NCBI RefSeq assembly: GCF_001447785.1 | Contig: NW_015174860.1 | Coordinates: 810,081-874,080, forward strand | Length of the DNA: 64,000 nt | Reading direction: 5' to 3' | Origin: Gekko japonicus | Taxonomy: Eukaryota | Part shown: piece after piece, positions 36,701 through 44,443 of the stretch | Layout of the letters: each line of letters opens with the position of its first letter | How positions within the stretch are numbered: position 1 is the stretch's first letter | Translations under genes and position numbers: made by a program | Notes under the pieces: generated by a model | The model's database searches: none | Seen by the model: only the letters and a program-made list of their open reading frames with translations | Told to the model about the DNA's origin: nothing

Positions 36701-39700
36701 GTAGTATCTAGTCTGACTGGCAGCAACTCTCTAAGGTCTTAGGCAGAGGGCATTCACATCACCTCTGACCTGATCTTTTTACTTGGAGATGCTGGGGACT
36801 GAACCTGGGACCTTCTGCTTACCAAACAGATGCTCTGCCACTGAGCCACAGCCCCTCCCCAATTAATGTCACTAATTGAACTGGGATTACTTGAACACAT
36901 GAAGCTGCCTTATACTGAATCAGACCCTTGGTCTACCAGTGTTATTATTGTCTACAAAGACTGACAACGGCTCTCCAGGGTCTCATACAAAGGTTGGGGG
37001 GGGGATATGGCTCAGTGGTAGAGCATCTGCTTGACATGCAGAAGGTCCCAATTTCAATCCCCGGCATCTCCACTTCAAAGGACCAAGCAGTAGGTGATGT
37101 GAAAGACCCTTGCCTGAGACCCTGGAGAGCTGCCACCAGTCTGAGTAGACAATATTGATCTTTCGTTTTTGAAATTATTTATTTATAACAATTTTTTAAA
37201 ACATACTATTGAACATATTACAACTCTAAATAAAGTTCAATCAGAAATGTTATAAGAAACCAACATATTACACAACAAGAAAAGAATCATAAGCATATTA
37301 CACCTTTACATTCTACGAGTGAAGGGAGGGGGAAAAAAGAAAATGCAACAGTTAACCTAGGTGGAGCAAGGGTCTGATTCAATATAAGGAAGCTTCATGT
37401 GTCCTTCAGATCACCTACTGGCTGGTCCTTTTAACTGGAGATGCTAGAGATTGAACCTGGGACCTTCTGCATGCAAAGCAGATGCTCTGCCACTGAGCCA
37501 TGGTCCCTCCCCATGTAGGTCAAGGTAGAAGCCCACACTGACAACTTTGATGGAAGGGACAATATGAATCACACTGAGTGGATGCAATTCATGCACACTG
37601 GATACCAAAAACCAATCTTTGCCCTAGTGCAGTTATGTATTCTGGGTTGCTGGTTCCTCAGTTTTCTTCAGAAGGCCCGTCTGTTTGAAAGCTGAATCGT
37701 GCCTGGATCAGCATCTTTCACATGTATTCTGGCTTTTTTCTCTCCACTGAATTCAAGGCAGTATCCATTTGTGTGTGTGTGCGCGTGCACCCTCTGGTGA
37801 CTCCTACTAGGGCACAAAGGATGTTCAGAGAAGTGGCCTGATAGCCTGCCTCCGCCTCCCGGCCCTGGTATTTCTTGGAGGTCTCCCATCCAAATACTTG
37901 CCAGGGTCGGCCCTGCTTAACTTCCAAGATCTGATGAGATCGGGCTTGCCTGAGCTATGCAGGTCAGGGCCCATTAAACAATGACTTATAATAGGGAAGC
38001 AGGTTTCATGGTCCCATTTCAGCACTTTAATACACCACATTGGCTCCTCTGTCAGTCACAGACACCATGGCATAGTATGGGACCGCCTTAGTTCTTAGAC
38101 ACTGTTTAATAGCTGATTTTCTTCCCTTCTCCTTCTAGGCCCTTGTTTCTTCCTATCGTGCCCCATTGGAATAGAAGATTTCCGGACCTGGTTTATCGAT
38201 TTATGGAACAATTCCATAATCCCTTATCTTCAGGAGGGAGCAAAGGATGGGATCAAGGTATCTCCCCTTACCTAAAGATTTACTCCAGTGGTTGTAGCTT
38301 GGACTCATTCTTCTGGATGGATTGCTTGGCTACAAACAACCTATTGGCTGCCCTAAATGAGCAATAGCCAATTGCAGGAAGTTAAATCTGAATAAATCTG
38401 CTTTCTTTAAAGGTTAACTGACTCATGAATTTGCTCACAGCTTCCACTCTGTCCCTTGTAGAGGGATGGGATGATTGGCCACTGCACAATCTGAATGATC
38501 TTGTCAACACCAGCCGGGCTCTGGTAAATGTTGTTATTCATTTTCGCTTATCCTCATTACAGGTGCATGGACAGAAAGCTGCCTGGGAAGACCCTGTGGA
38601 GTGGGTGCGAGACACATTGCCGTGGCCATCGGCCCAACAAGACCAGTCGAAGCTCTATCATCTTCCCCCACCTAGTGTGGGGCCACACAGCACTGTCTCA
38701 CCCCCAGAGGAGCGAAGCGGCAAGGATACAACACCAAATTCTCTGGAATCCGACCCTTTGGTATGTCATTCCAGTTACAGAGGGAGAGCTAAATCTTCTG
38801 CACACAGGAAAAGATCTTCTGGATGATTGAGCAATTGTTGAGGGAATAAAGTGGGGGGAGGGGGAGGAGCTGGTTGGATGCATGGTCCAGCTTATCTTTG
38901 CAGCATCATACCTTGCCAAGCATTCCTTTATGACAACAGTTGTAGCCAGCACATCTGTTACAGGGCAGAACCCCATTGAGAGAAGAGGTTGTCAATAGAT
39001 TGGGTGCCTGTGAGAAAGGGGTTCAGCCAGTCAGGCATCCTGGGAGAGGTTGCCAGTGTCTGCAAACTTCATCCCTGGAGACAGGAGGAACGACTTCAAA
39101 AGGGAATTAAATAAGCATATGGAGCAGAGGTCCATCAGTGGCTATTAGCCACAAGGTACAGATAGGGGCTCTGGGGCAAGTGATGCTCTGTCTTCTTGGT
39201 GCTTGGGGGGGGTCAACAGTGGGAGGGCTTCTAATGTCCGGGCCCCACTGGTGGACCTCCTGATGGCACCTGGTATTTCTGGTCACTGTGTGACACAGAG
39301 TGTTGGACTGGATGGGCCTTTGGCCTCATCCAACATTGGCGTCTCTTATGTTCTTATGAACTCAGCTCAGATATTACAGCGAATTTAATATACATGTAAA
39401 TATGTCCCTTGCAACTAGCTTTCCATGTTCATTCTAAAGCCCCAGTAGTCAGACTTGGTACTAAAGTGTTTAATTCATAACGGTCAACTAAATGCATACA
39501 TGTGTGTGTTTGAAGCTTAAAGCTTTTTGGGACAACCAGGGCTACCTCCAGGTTTTGAGGACTCCTGGTCAAGAAACCTGCATCGGGTCCTTCCACCCAA
39601 CTCCAGGAATGAGACCCATGCAATCCTGACTCCACAACCCAGTGACAGTAAACTCCTGAGTCTACCCTTCTGCTGGGTCTCACAGATGTTGGGAGAGGAG

Positions 39701-42386
39701 GAAGAATGTTGATTAGAATCCATATTAGTTTCCCGACGTTCAACCCAAATTAGCCACTGAGGCAACCCTAGGCCCTGAACAAGCTTCCCAGCCTTGCCAG
39801 CTGGTGGCACTGCTAAGGGCCATGATCAGATTGAATGCTCAGCAGGGCAAGAGAATCCTAGCTGTAGCTTACAGGGTATCTGGGCAGTGACTGTGTAATG
39901 CCTAATTATTTCAGAGAGTATTTAGCAAACTAGTGGAGTTAAAGAAAAGTAGCGCAAGTATATTGAGAAGAGTTTTGCAAATGATGGCTGATGTTACAAA
40001 AGAGGCAATGGTTCTCCTCATCTCGTCTTGAAAGACCATGCATATTATGTAGGTCATCCTTACAAGACAGTTGATGCTGCAGGCCACCATGGGCGGGGGT
40101 TGACCAGCTGTGTTAGATTTCAGCCAACTCCTGCAATGTTTTTTGGATCATTCTGCTGCCTGTGGAACGGCTGCATTACTGTAATCATGGCTGCCTTCTG
40201 GATGTCCCCGGTTACTCACACACTCCCAGAATTCTGGGAATAACAAAAATTTATCTCCCCGAACTTTGGGAGTGCTTTAGTCACTCACCCTTTAATCTCT
40301 CTATTGTGTTGTAACAGTTGCTTTGTGCACAAAAGAGGGCCAAGAGCTGTTGCGAGTACTTTTCAGTGTGTCTGTGTCTCACTATTCACCTGGGCAAGAA
40401 TGAAACACAGCACTGCTGCATAGTATGTATCAGTGACCTGAGCAGCAAATGTGTTCACCGTCGCAAGAGAGAAGAGCTTGCTTTAACATTTCAGTATACG
40501 GAGTAGTGGTATGGAGTGCTGAGAGCCTGTAGCCACAAGGTGGCATAAGAGTGTAGAACAAAGTATTATGTTGCAGGCTCCACATACAAGCCACTTGGAT
40601 GGCTAGATGGGATTGTCTTGGCTTCCCTGATAGAACTATGGACATTATGGGATGGAGGGTAGAAGCAGATAGCAGCATTTAGTTCTTTGTAAATCCCAAC
40701 AGACAGAAAAGCTGCTGTTAGGCAACCCCTTCAAGGAAGGGCACTTGGAACAAACATCAAAAAATTAATTTTAATTTAATTGTACACTGCAAAAATCTTC
40801 ATTTTAATTTTGGGTCCAGATTTAGGGGAAAGTATTTTCATTATCCCAACGTTTCTAGAACCTTATAACTGTTTCAGGATCCCCCCCCCCAGGTACTTAC
40901 ATTGGGGTCCCAAAAATTGGGAACCTTTTTTTTTCAGATTCCCCCCCCCCCAAGGCAGCAGGGAAGGAGGGAGACAGAGGATGTTGGCCACACCAAACAG
41001 ATGTTAGTCGGCATCCCCCATGCCTGTAAAATGTAAAGGGACTAGAAGCCCCACATAGCACCTGATGTTGACTAATAGTTGGGTACATGGAAGGCCAGGT
41101 CTACTGCCACTAGAATTAATGGGACCAGTATTTCCTAGGATTTCTAAAGAAGCCAGGGTGGGTCTGCTCATGGGAATAAATGTCTCTGTTGTTTCCAGTG
41201 GCAGTAGATCTGGCCTCCCATGTAGCCTGCTGTAACTCAGAAGAACCCAATGTTCTAAGTGTGACCCATCAGAGAAGAAATCCCTCTTCCGTCTGATTGA
41301 GCTGAGTTAGGCAACTTCCTGTGCGTGTTATTTTATCCCTTTGAAATTCTACCTTACTCAAGTCAGCCCACAATGTTCATGATTGAGACAAGACTGTACC
41401 TGTAAACAAAGCTTAAGTCTTTGAATGTAGCTGGAAGTGATAAATAATAAGATTCCGTGTTGCAGAACTGTATATAAATTGTGCCTGAGATTTCTCTATT
41501 AGAGCAGTCACAAGATACATCCCAGTGCCAACACAATTGAGCAGCCAGGCAACAGACAGGAAGATGCTGCTGTTGCAGTTGTCAGGGCAACGACATGATG
41601 CTGGACTGTGCCTCACTCAGCAGCTGAGAGACGATGACAGAGGGAAGGCGTGGCAATGTTGCCAGGCAATCAAGGCAATGACCACTGGGTGACAGAGCCC
41701 CAAATATCTCACGGGCCTGGCAGAGAACCAGGAATCATGTGCAGCTTAGGCTGGGACCAGCCATGGCAGGGGGATATCCACCTTGCACACACCAAGAACT
41801 CCCAGGAGAAGGAGAGGGAATAAAATGGTGACTTAACTCCCCTCCCTCCTTACCTGAGGACTCGAAGAAGATACTACCAGAGCAGGTGTGTGGGTTTGCT
41901 AGATCCTTTACCCCACATTGAGCTATTTCTTGTTCCACAGGATCTAAAAGCTTTATTGCTGCCTTGGCCAGGGCATTTGCAGTGCCATCCTGAGCAGAGT
42001 CATACCCTTCTAAGCCCATTGACTGCTTAGGATGGCACTGCAAGTCTTCTTCAGAATGCAAATAATAAACAGACTCTGAGCAGAATCATTGTGTTGCTCC
42101 TTGTCTCAACTGTCTGGGAGCCTAATTCCCAATAACCTTTCCCTTCTTTCTGTCAGGTGATGCTTTGACCACCAGGTATGTGGCATCTGGCTTTCAAGCT
42201 CTACAGGCTGAAGGACACCCATAACATCTTGTGTATATAGAAAGACAGCTGGAAGTACTGCAACTTCTTACTTACCTGTCTTATCCCATGCAGATGGCAA
42301 TGTTGCTGAAGCTCCAGGAAGCAGCCAACTACATTGAGTCTCCAGACAGAGAAACCCTGGATCCAAACGTGCAATCTGCTCTCTAA
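9652..42386 (+). CDS. NAV1: Neuron navigator 1, 5'-partial spliced CDS (27 exons in window, ~1460 aa)
   Basis: Translated exons match recalled NAV1 peptides (SWDESSSISSGLSDASDN, LRTDSEKRSLAES, QIRKLRRELESSQEKV, GPSGTGKT, MAMLLKLQEAANYIESPD). All introns are GT-AG and phases chain to TAA at 42384-42386. Confidence 0.96.
10206..10503 (+). CDS. NAV1: NAV1 exon (LRTDSEKRS...TLKVA)
   Basis: ttgcag|CTGC ... GCAG|gtgagg; 298 nt, phase 0 to 1. Confidence 0.95.
11430..11517. mobile_element. Short palindromic MITE
   Basis: cagtgccattct ... aggatggcactg inverted termini; relatives at 18023, 26635 and 41980. Confidence 0.65.
11586..12276 (+). CDS. NAV1: NAV1 exon (GKPEAK...LPPTPLR), basic Ser/Pro-rich region
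   Basis: ttccag|GTAAA ... TCAG|gtagga; 691 nt, phase 1 to 2. Confidence 0.95.
13051..13506 (+). CDS. NAV1: NAV1 exon (SAAKSYVK...ISHLD)
   Basis: ttgtag|GTCA ... ACAG|gtagag; 456 nt, phase 2 to 2. Confidence 0.94.
13720..14057 (+). mobile_element. CR1 3' end fragment
   Basis: Similar to the reverse complement of 1-130; ends cccttccaactctgtgattct. Confidence 0.85.
14224..14265 (+). CDS. NAV1: NAV1 42-nt exon (SNCDWNTSPKKGLR)
   Basis: cctgcag|CTCT ... TAAG|gtaata; symmetric phase 2; homologous to the recalled navigator motif DRNTLPKKGLR. Confidence 0.85.
15232..15512. repeat. Tandem duplication (145 bp and 136 bp units)
   Basis: gtttcatttaagaa...gggacagcaaacagc at 15232-15376 and 15377-15512. 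Confidence 0.9.
15640..15681. repeat. (TTTTA/TTTA)n microsatellite
   Basis: Seen directly; probably the tail of an adjacent minus-strand retroelement fragment. Confidence 0.8.
15935..16421 (+). mobile_element. CR1 ORF2 C-terminus and 3' UTR
   Basis: VQRRAMRVIRGL...PYEERLRDLGMFSLEQKRLRG...QWNQLPREVV; ends ttccaactctgtgattct. Confidence 0.93.
17375..17523 (+). CDS. NAV1: NAV1 exon (YQIQSQE...PLTNI)
   Basis: tgacag|GTAT ... ATCG|gttagt; 149 nt, phase 2 to 1. Confidence 0.93.
17880..18162 (+). mobile_element. tRNA-derived SINE with a palindromic MITE nested at 18023-18108
   Basis: ggggaggggccatggctca head and gatataaggcagc...atgttca tail; same family as the 36.6-37.5 kb copies. Confidence 0.7.
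18794..18964 (+). CDS. NAV1: NAV1 exon (VSPTAANTP...RDPVDD)
   Basis: ctgcag|TGAG ... GATG|gtgaga; 171 nt, phase 1 to 1. Confidence 0.94.
19812..19864 (+). CDS. NAV1: NAV1 exon (VHGSVLSLASSASSTYSS)
   Basis: ttgcag|TTCA ... CTCA|gtaagc; 53 nt, phase 1 to 0. Confidence 0.93.
20212..20235 (+). CDS. NAV1: NAV1 24-nt microexon (AEERMQSE)
   Basis: Long pyrimidine tract, tgccag|GCTGAG...CGAG|gtacag; phase 0 to 0; peptide matches recalled NAV1. Confidence 0.9.
20346..20423 (+). CDS. NAV1: NAV1 exon (QIRKLRRELESSQEKVATLTSQLSAN), coiled coil
   Basis: ctctag|CAAA ... CAAC|gtgagt; 78 nt, phase 0 to 0. Confidence 0.95.
21302..21385 (+). CDS. NAV1: NAV1 exon (ANLVAAFEQ...AEEK), coiled coil
   Basis: ttccag|GCTA ... 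AAAA|gtaagt; 84 nt, phase 0 to 0. Confidence 0.95.
21736..21767. repeat. (CA)n(TA)n microsatellite
   Basis: Seen directly. Confidence 0.85.
21790..22565. promoter_or_regulatory. CpG-rich intronic block: candidate internal promoter or alternative exon
   Basis: About 25-30 CpGs in 22200-22565 by eye; CCAAT motifs at 21822 (reverse), 21855 and 22019; donor-like AGG|GTAAGG at 22408/22409; no TE hallmark. Confidence 0.45.
22932..23043 (+). CDS. NAV1: NAV1 exon (DTELVDLRETIDF...DITPK)
   Basis: ttccag|GACA ... AAAG|gtgaag; 112 nt, phase 0 to 1. Confidence 0.94.
24035..24156 (+). CDS. NAV1: NAV1 exon (ELRIKRQNSSDS...KKKKKKSW)
   Basis: ctccag|AACT ... CTGG|gtaggt; 122 nt, phase 1 to 0. Confidence 0.95.
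25039..25047 (+). CDS. NAV1: NAV1 9-nt microexon (VYE)
   Basis: tttttccag|GTGTATGAG|gtaagc; strong sites at both ends; inclusion gives the recalled NAV1 peptide KKSW-VYE-LRSSF. Confidence 0.9.
26635..26721. mobile_element. Short palindromic MITE
   Basis: cagtgcagtccta...taggctaacactg; same family as 11430. Confidence 0.55.
28579..28775 (+). CDS. NAV1: NAV1 exon (LRSSFNKAFSIKK...GIDNT)
   Basis: cttcag|TTGA ... CTGA|gtgagt; 197 nt, phase 0 to 2. Confidence 0.94.
29561..29690 (-). mobile_element. Penelope-like element terminal fragment
   Basis: gggtggccgtgttagtctg...gagcccagtagcaccttaaagact...gagcttccatgagtcactgctcacgccttcaga; related to the insert at 53727. Confidence 0.6.
29924..30086 (+). 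CDS. NAV1: NAV1 exon (LFQTNEEEEPEKKEVSELRSELWEKEMKL...MHNMQ), coiled coil
   Basis: tggcag|GCTG ... GCAG|gtgggt; 163 nt, phase 2 to 0; acceptor position slightly less certain. Confidence 0.9.
30689..30863 (+). CDS. NAV1: NAV1 exon (LEVDLLKAENDRLK...SLTDT)
   Basis: ctacag|CTGG ... ACAG|gtatgg; 175 nt, phase 0 to 1. Confidence 0.94.
31360..31457 (+). CDS. NAV1: NAV1 exon (ELSPMDG...HIIKG)
   Basis: ccccag|AGCT ... AGGG|gtaagc; 98 nt, phase 1 to 0. Confidence 0.93.
31609..31704 (+). CDS. NAV1: NAV1 exon (DLKQQEFYLG...QVFK)
   Basis: attcag|GACC ... CAAG|gtgaga; 96 nt, phase 0 to 0. Confidence 0.94.
32050..32250 (+). mobile_element. Old MIR/CORE-like SINE
   Basis: ccttaggcaagc...tctcagcctccccatctgt...acaggactgttgtagg core. 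Confidence 0.55.
32278..32670 (-). mobile_element. CR1 3' end fragment
   Basis: cataagaacagccttgctgtatcagaccagtggcccatctagtcc...; similar to 57893-58290. Confidence 0.75.
32787..32946 (+). CDS. NAV1: NAV1 exon (DYITKMDPAATLG...AVTLK)
   Basis: actcag|GACT ... AAAG|gtagta; 160 nt, phase 0 to 1. Confidence 0.94.
33508..33743 (+). CDS. NAV1: NAV1 exon, start of AAA+ domain with Walker A GPSGTGKT (33618-33641)
   Basis: gcacag|GGCT ... CAAG|gtctgg; 236 nt, phase 1 to 0. Confidence 0.95.
34056..34207 (+). CDS. NAV1: NAV1 exon with Walker B-like VILLDD
   Basis: tactag|GACT ... AATG|gtaaga; 152 nt, phase 0 to 2. Confidence 0.95.
35204..35275 (+). CDS. NAV1: NAV1 exon (PYIIGTTNQPVKMTPNHGLHLSFR)
   Basis: tgccag|CCCC ... 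TCAG|gtaacg; 72 nt, phase 2 to 2. Confidence 0.95.
35544..35740 (+). CDS. NAV1: NAV1 exon (MLTFSNNVEPANG...SDFLI)
   Basis: ctgcag|AATG ... ATTG|gtaagg; 197 nt, phase 2 to 1. Confidence 0.95.
35852..36110 (+). mobile_element. tRNA-derived SINE (Squam3-like)
   Basis: tttggtgtagtggttaagtgcgcggactct...gggtttgattcccc; (TTC)n tail. Confidence 0.88.
36662..37512. mobile_element. Cluster of three tRNA-derived SINEs, partly nested
   Basis: Minus copy 36662-36860; minus copy split into ~36892-36985 and ~37406-37512; plus copy ~36996-37160 with its tail at ~37368-37404. Confidence 0.75.
37770..37970 (-). mobile_element. 5S rRNA-derived SINE (SINE3 type)
   Basis: Minus strand reads gcccgatctcatcagatcttggaagttaagcagggccgaccctggcaagtatttggatgggagacc (5S-like), then a non-5S body and (CA)n tail; CCATT on both flanks. 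Confidence 0.8.
38139..38257 (+). CDS. NAV1: NAV1 exon (GPCFFLSCPIG...KDGIK)
   Basis: ttctag|GCCC ... CAAG|gtatct; 119 nt, phase 1 to 0. Confidence 0.95.
38563..38760 (+). CDS. NAV1: NAV1 exon (VHGQKAAWEDPVEW...ESDPL)
   Basis: ttacag|GTGC ... TTTG|gtatgt; 198 nt, phase 0 to 0. Confidence 0.95.
39095..39358 (+). mobile_element. CR1 3' end fragment
   Basis: ttcaaaagggaattaaataagcatatggag...ggactggatgggcc...(ttcttatg)-type tail. Confidence 0.8.
41081..41227. repeat. Inverted repeat / MITE-like hairpin
   Basis: ggtacatggaaggccaggtctactgccactagaa pairs with ttccagtggcagtagatctggcctcccatgtagc (30/34). Confidence 0.8.
41980..42040. mobile_element. Short palindromic MITE, internally deleted
   Basis: cagtgccatcctgagcag / ctgcttaggatggcactg TIRs. 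Confidence 0.65.
42294..42386 (+). CDS. NAV1: NAV1 last coding exon (MAMLLKLQEAANYIESPDRETLDPNVQSAL*)
   Basis: atgcag|ATGG; TAA at 42384-42386. Confidence 0.95.
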   Translation: MAMLLKLQEAANYIESPDRETLDPNVQSAL

Positions 42387-43090
42387 AGAGGACTGGATCA
42401 GGCTGGAACAGCGATCGGAGTGAGCTGGTCTCGGCCGCTTATGCTCCTCGTTCTTCTTTGTTTTTTGTATCTGGAATCCGTGGCCTGGAAGAGAAACCAC
42501 AGAGGGCAGGGAGGAGCCTGTTTTCTTGCTCTGCAGTCTGTGCAGATGGACAAGGAGAGAGGCGGCTAGCTCCTCCTCTGAAAGATACTGGCTGCCCTCC
42601 CCTCCCCCACATGACTATGGTGGTAGGAGCATGCCAGTTTTTATTCATAGGCTTTGTGCCTCTCACAAACCACTTGGCTTTGTAGTGTGACTGGGGGGGG
42701 GAGGGGTGCAGGAAGAATGAATAAATCCCACAGATCCAGGTTGCACCTCATCAGAGTTCCTATGCGGGGCACAGACGCTTGAGAACTCCCCACAACTGGC
42801 CACTGCATTAATTGCAGAGCAATGCCGGCGGGCAGAGCAGCAGCAAAGTTCGGGGTTCCCTACAAGGAGGATCCTTAAAATAAGGCAAACAGAAGCCTAG
42901 AAAAGGAACCTGTAAGCATCGGAGCAGAAGATGTTTCTGCTGCAGCAAAGCAACTGCTGGTGCTCTCTGGGTGCTTCCCCCTCACGCGGTCCTACCAACA
43001 CAAACATAGGCAAAGGCCTAGGACTGTTAATCCTGTCTTTGTGCCCTCCTTATTTAATCTGCATGATGGTCCTTTTACATTCAGATTCCG

Positions 43091-43096
43091 AATAAA
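43091..43096 (+). terminator. Candidate proximal polyadenylation signal
   Basis: AATAAA followed by a GT/T-rich tract (gttttgttttgttttt). Confidence 0.45.
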
Positions 43097-44260
43097 ATCT
43101 GTTTTGTTTTGTTTTTCCTTTTATCTTTATTTGGGCTAAGCTTGGGCCATTCTGTTCACTCTTTGGTTCAAGGAGTTGTTGTTGTTGTTGTCATTGTTGT
43201 CGTTGTTGTTATTTTTACAGCCTGGCATGTGCTGCACGGGGAGGAGCCACTTTGTTGCATTGTGTGTTTTGTTCAGTTCATCTCCCATTCTTGTTCTGCC
43301 ACTTTGTCAGTTCCATCACTGCAGTCCCTCCCAACTCAAACTGGTGCTGACTGGATGGCCTCCAGTAACCAAATCGGCCTTGTGGGTCCTTGCAGCTTGC
43401 CTCACAATGCACACAGGCTTGACTCAGCAGCACAACTTAACAAGCGATGCACAATTTGCTGGCCTGGGTTCCCTCCTCCTGCCCTCACTCCTTGTCATTC
43501 CATCCTTTAAAAGCACAAGAAGCCTGTAAACTGGGCAAAGGAGAGAGCATTTTGTTGTGGTTCCCCTTAGACAGCTGCACCGTCACGTGTCTTGAGTCAC
43601 CAAAGCCAGATGTGTTTCTCAGCTCCACCTTACCTGCTTGTGAGTCTTCTTTCCTCAGTTCAGTGTCTTTGCTGCTCATACTGGCAAGCGGGAGAGAGTG
43701 CTGTTAGTGTCTATCTTATCTAACTGCAGACTGTGGTCAGGCTGAGTGAAAACGTAGCCCTGTCTTTAAACATCATTGAATCTCAGTTACCACTTGCTTG
43801 CTTTTCTGGAGATGGAGCCATCACTGGAGGGGCTTCCCAAACCAGCCTAGCTGATTCTCATTCCTCCTGGCCCTGGTGGTCTCAGCTATCTTAGCACATA
43901 CACAGAAGTCAGACCTATTTCCTGTACTTTGATGGCTATTTGGATTAAACGAGTGACATTGCCATGCCTCAGGCTTTAGGCCGCAGGTTGGAACTTTTCC
44001 CTCAAGTGAATTTCAGTGGAATTTCTGCCAGGGTAGGGAGGCATCAGAAGTATTCGGTGTACCTATCAGTGGTTAGGTAGGTTCATAACACATTTCATGA
44101 GTACCTTATTCTATACTGCTCTGGTTAGCAATCAGCTTTCCTGGAAGGCCACTTTTAACTGGAAGAGAGGATCAGTGGAGCAAGAGAGGGGCAGTAAACC
44201 ACCAGCTCACCCCATAGTCTGCTGGATGAATTAGACCAATTAGGCCATGTTGCCCAGTCC

Positions 44261-44443
44261 CTGGAGACGGTCATCATAGGCATGGGAAGGTGGTACCTCT
44301 TGTGGGCAAGATGTAGCCTATGTTGCCAACTGCCCCAACAAAGTAGAAATCGGTGGCAGTAAACTGGAGACTGTCATCATAGGCATGGGAAGGTGGTACA
44401 TGTTGCCAACTGCTCCAACAAAGTAGAAATCGGTGGCAGTAAA
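44261..44443. repeat. Tandem duplication in the 3' UTR (103 bp and 80 bp)
   Basis: ctggagac...ggtggcagtaaa twice; second copy lacks 23 internal bases. Confidence 0.9.

Noticed and set aside
37860-37970. Functional 5S rRNA gene (also 53659-53930)
   Set aside because: The 5' end is replaced, there are many substitutions, and the copies are fused to a non-5S body with tail and TSD, so these are SINEs.
44261-44443. CRISPR-like repeat-spacer array (also 15232, 55713, 58560)
   Set aside because: Simple two-copy tandem duplications in vertebrate DNA, with no unique spacers and no cas genes.
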